The translations under genes and the position numbers were made by a program. From NCBI RefSeq assembly GCF_006345805.1, contig NW_021829212.1, positions 1-6,616 of the forward strand: a DNA stretch of 6,616 bases, in the 5' to 3' direction. This document shows, one piece after another, positions 6,518 to 6,616 of this stretch. Below the pieces are notes generated by a model. It made no database searches. It was given only the letters and a program-made list of their open reading frames with translations, and was not told the origin of the DNA. Positions within the stretch are counted from its first letter, which is position 1, and every line of letters begins with the position of its first letter. The DNA comes from Octopus sinensis (lineage: Eukaryota).

Positions 6518-6523
6518 ATCTAT
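5979..6523 (+). repeat. (AATC)n then a ~490-nt (ATCT)n array with periodic 2-nt insertions
   Basis: AATC units ~5993-6032, ATCT thereafter; ATC-CT-TATC interruptions at 6081, 6147, 6197, 6247, 6313, 6367 and 6433, and a 1-nt variant at 6515. Confidence 0.98.
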
Positions 6524-6616
6524 TGACGGATGTGATGTCGTCTCAGCTCCGAAGGTAATCATTTATTTTGACTATTTAAAAGTGTATATTGACAAACATT
6601 TTGTGCTTAAAAGTTG

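Noticed and set aside
5942-6526. 194-aa ORF of (SIYL)n repeats
   Set aside because: (ATCT)n has no stop on the plus strand, so the ORF is a repeat artifact.

Overview
AT-rich eukaryotic non-coding DNA, probably an intron or intergenic region of an Octopus-like cephalopod genome (inferred from the tRNA-derived SINE family and the microsatellite spectrum). No intact protein-coding gene is supported; most listed ORFs are translations of microsatellites or of decayed retroelements. The window is a mosaic of microsatellites and nested retroelement fossils: (i) two minus-strand pieces of a Tx1/L1-clade LINE lying out of native order (APE endonuclease at ~85-720; linker plus C-terminus and 3'UTR with the RT apparently deleted at ~1731-2467); (ii) the 3' end of an R4/Dong-type LINE (RLE domain) in an (AAT)n tract; (iii) four minus-strand tRNA-SINE copies or fragments, one dimeric; (iv) an inverted, tail-to-tail pair of Penelope-like termini, each with a degenerate minimal hammerhead motif; (v) an (ATCT)n array with 50/54/66-nt higher-order periodicity. 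Two speculative plus-strand microexons (10 + 8 nt) are also flagged. All alignments were done by eye, without database searches. I see no firm evidence of a new biological system.
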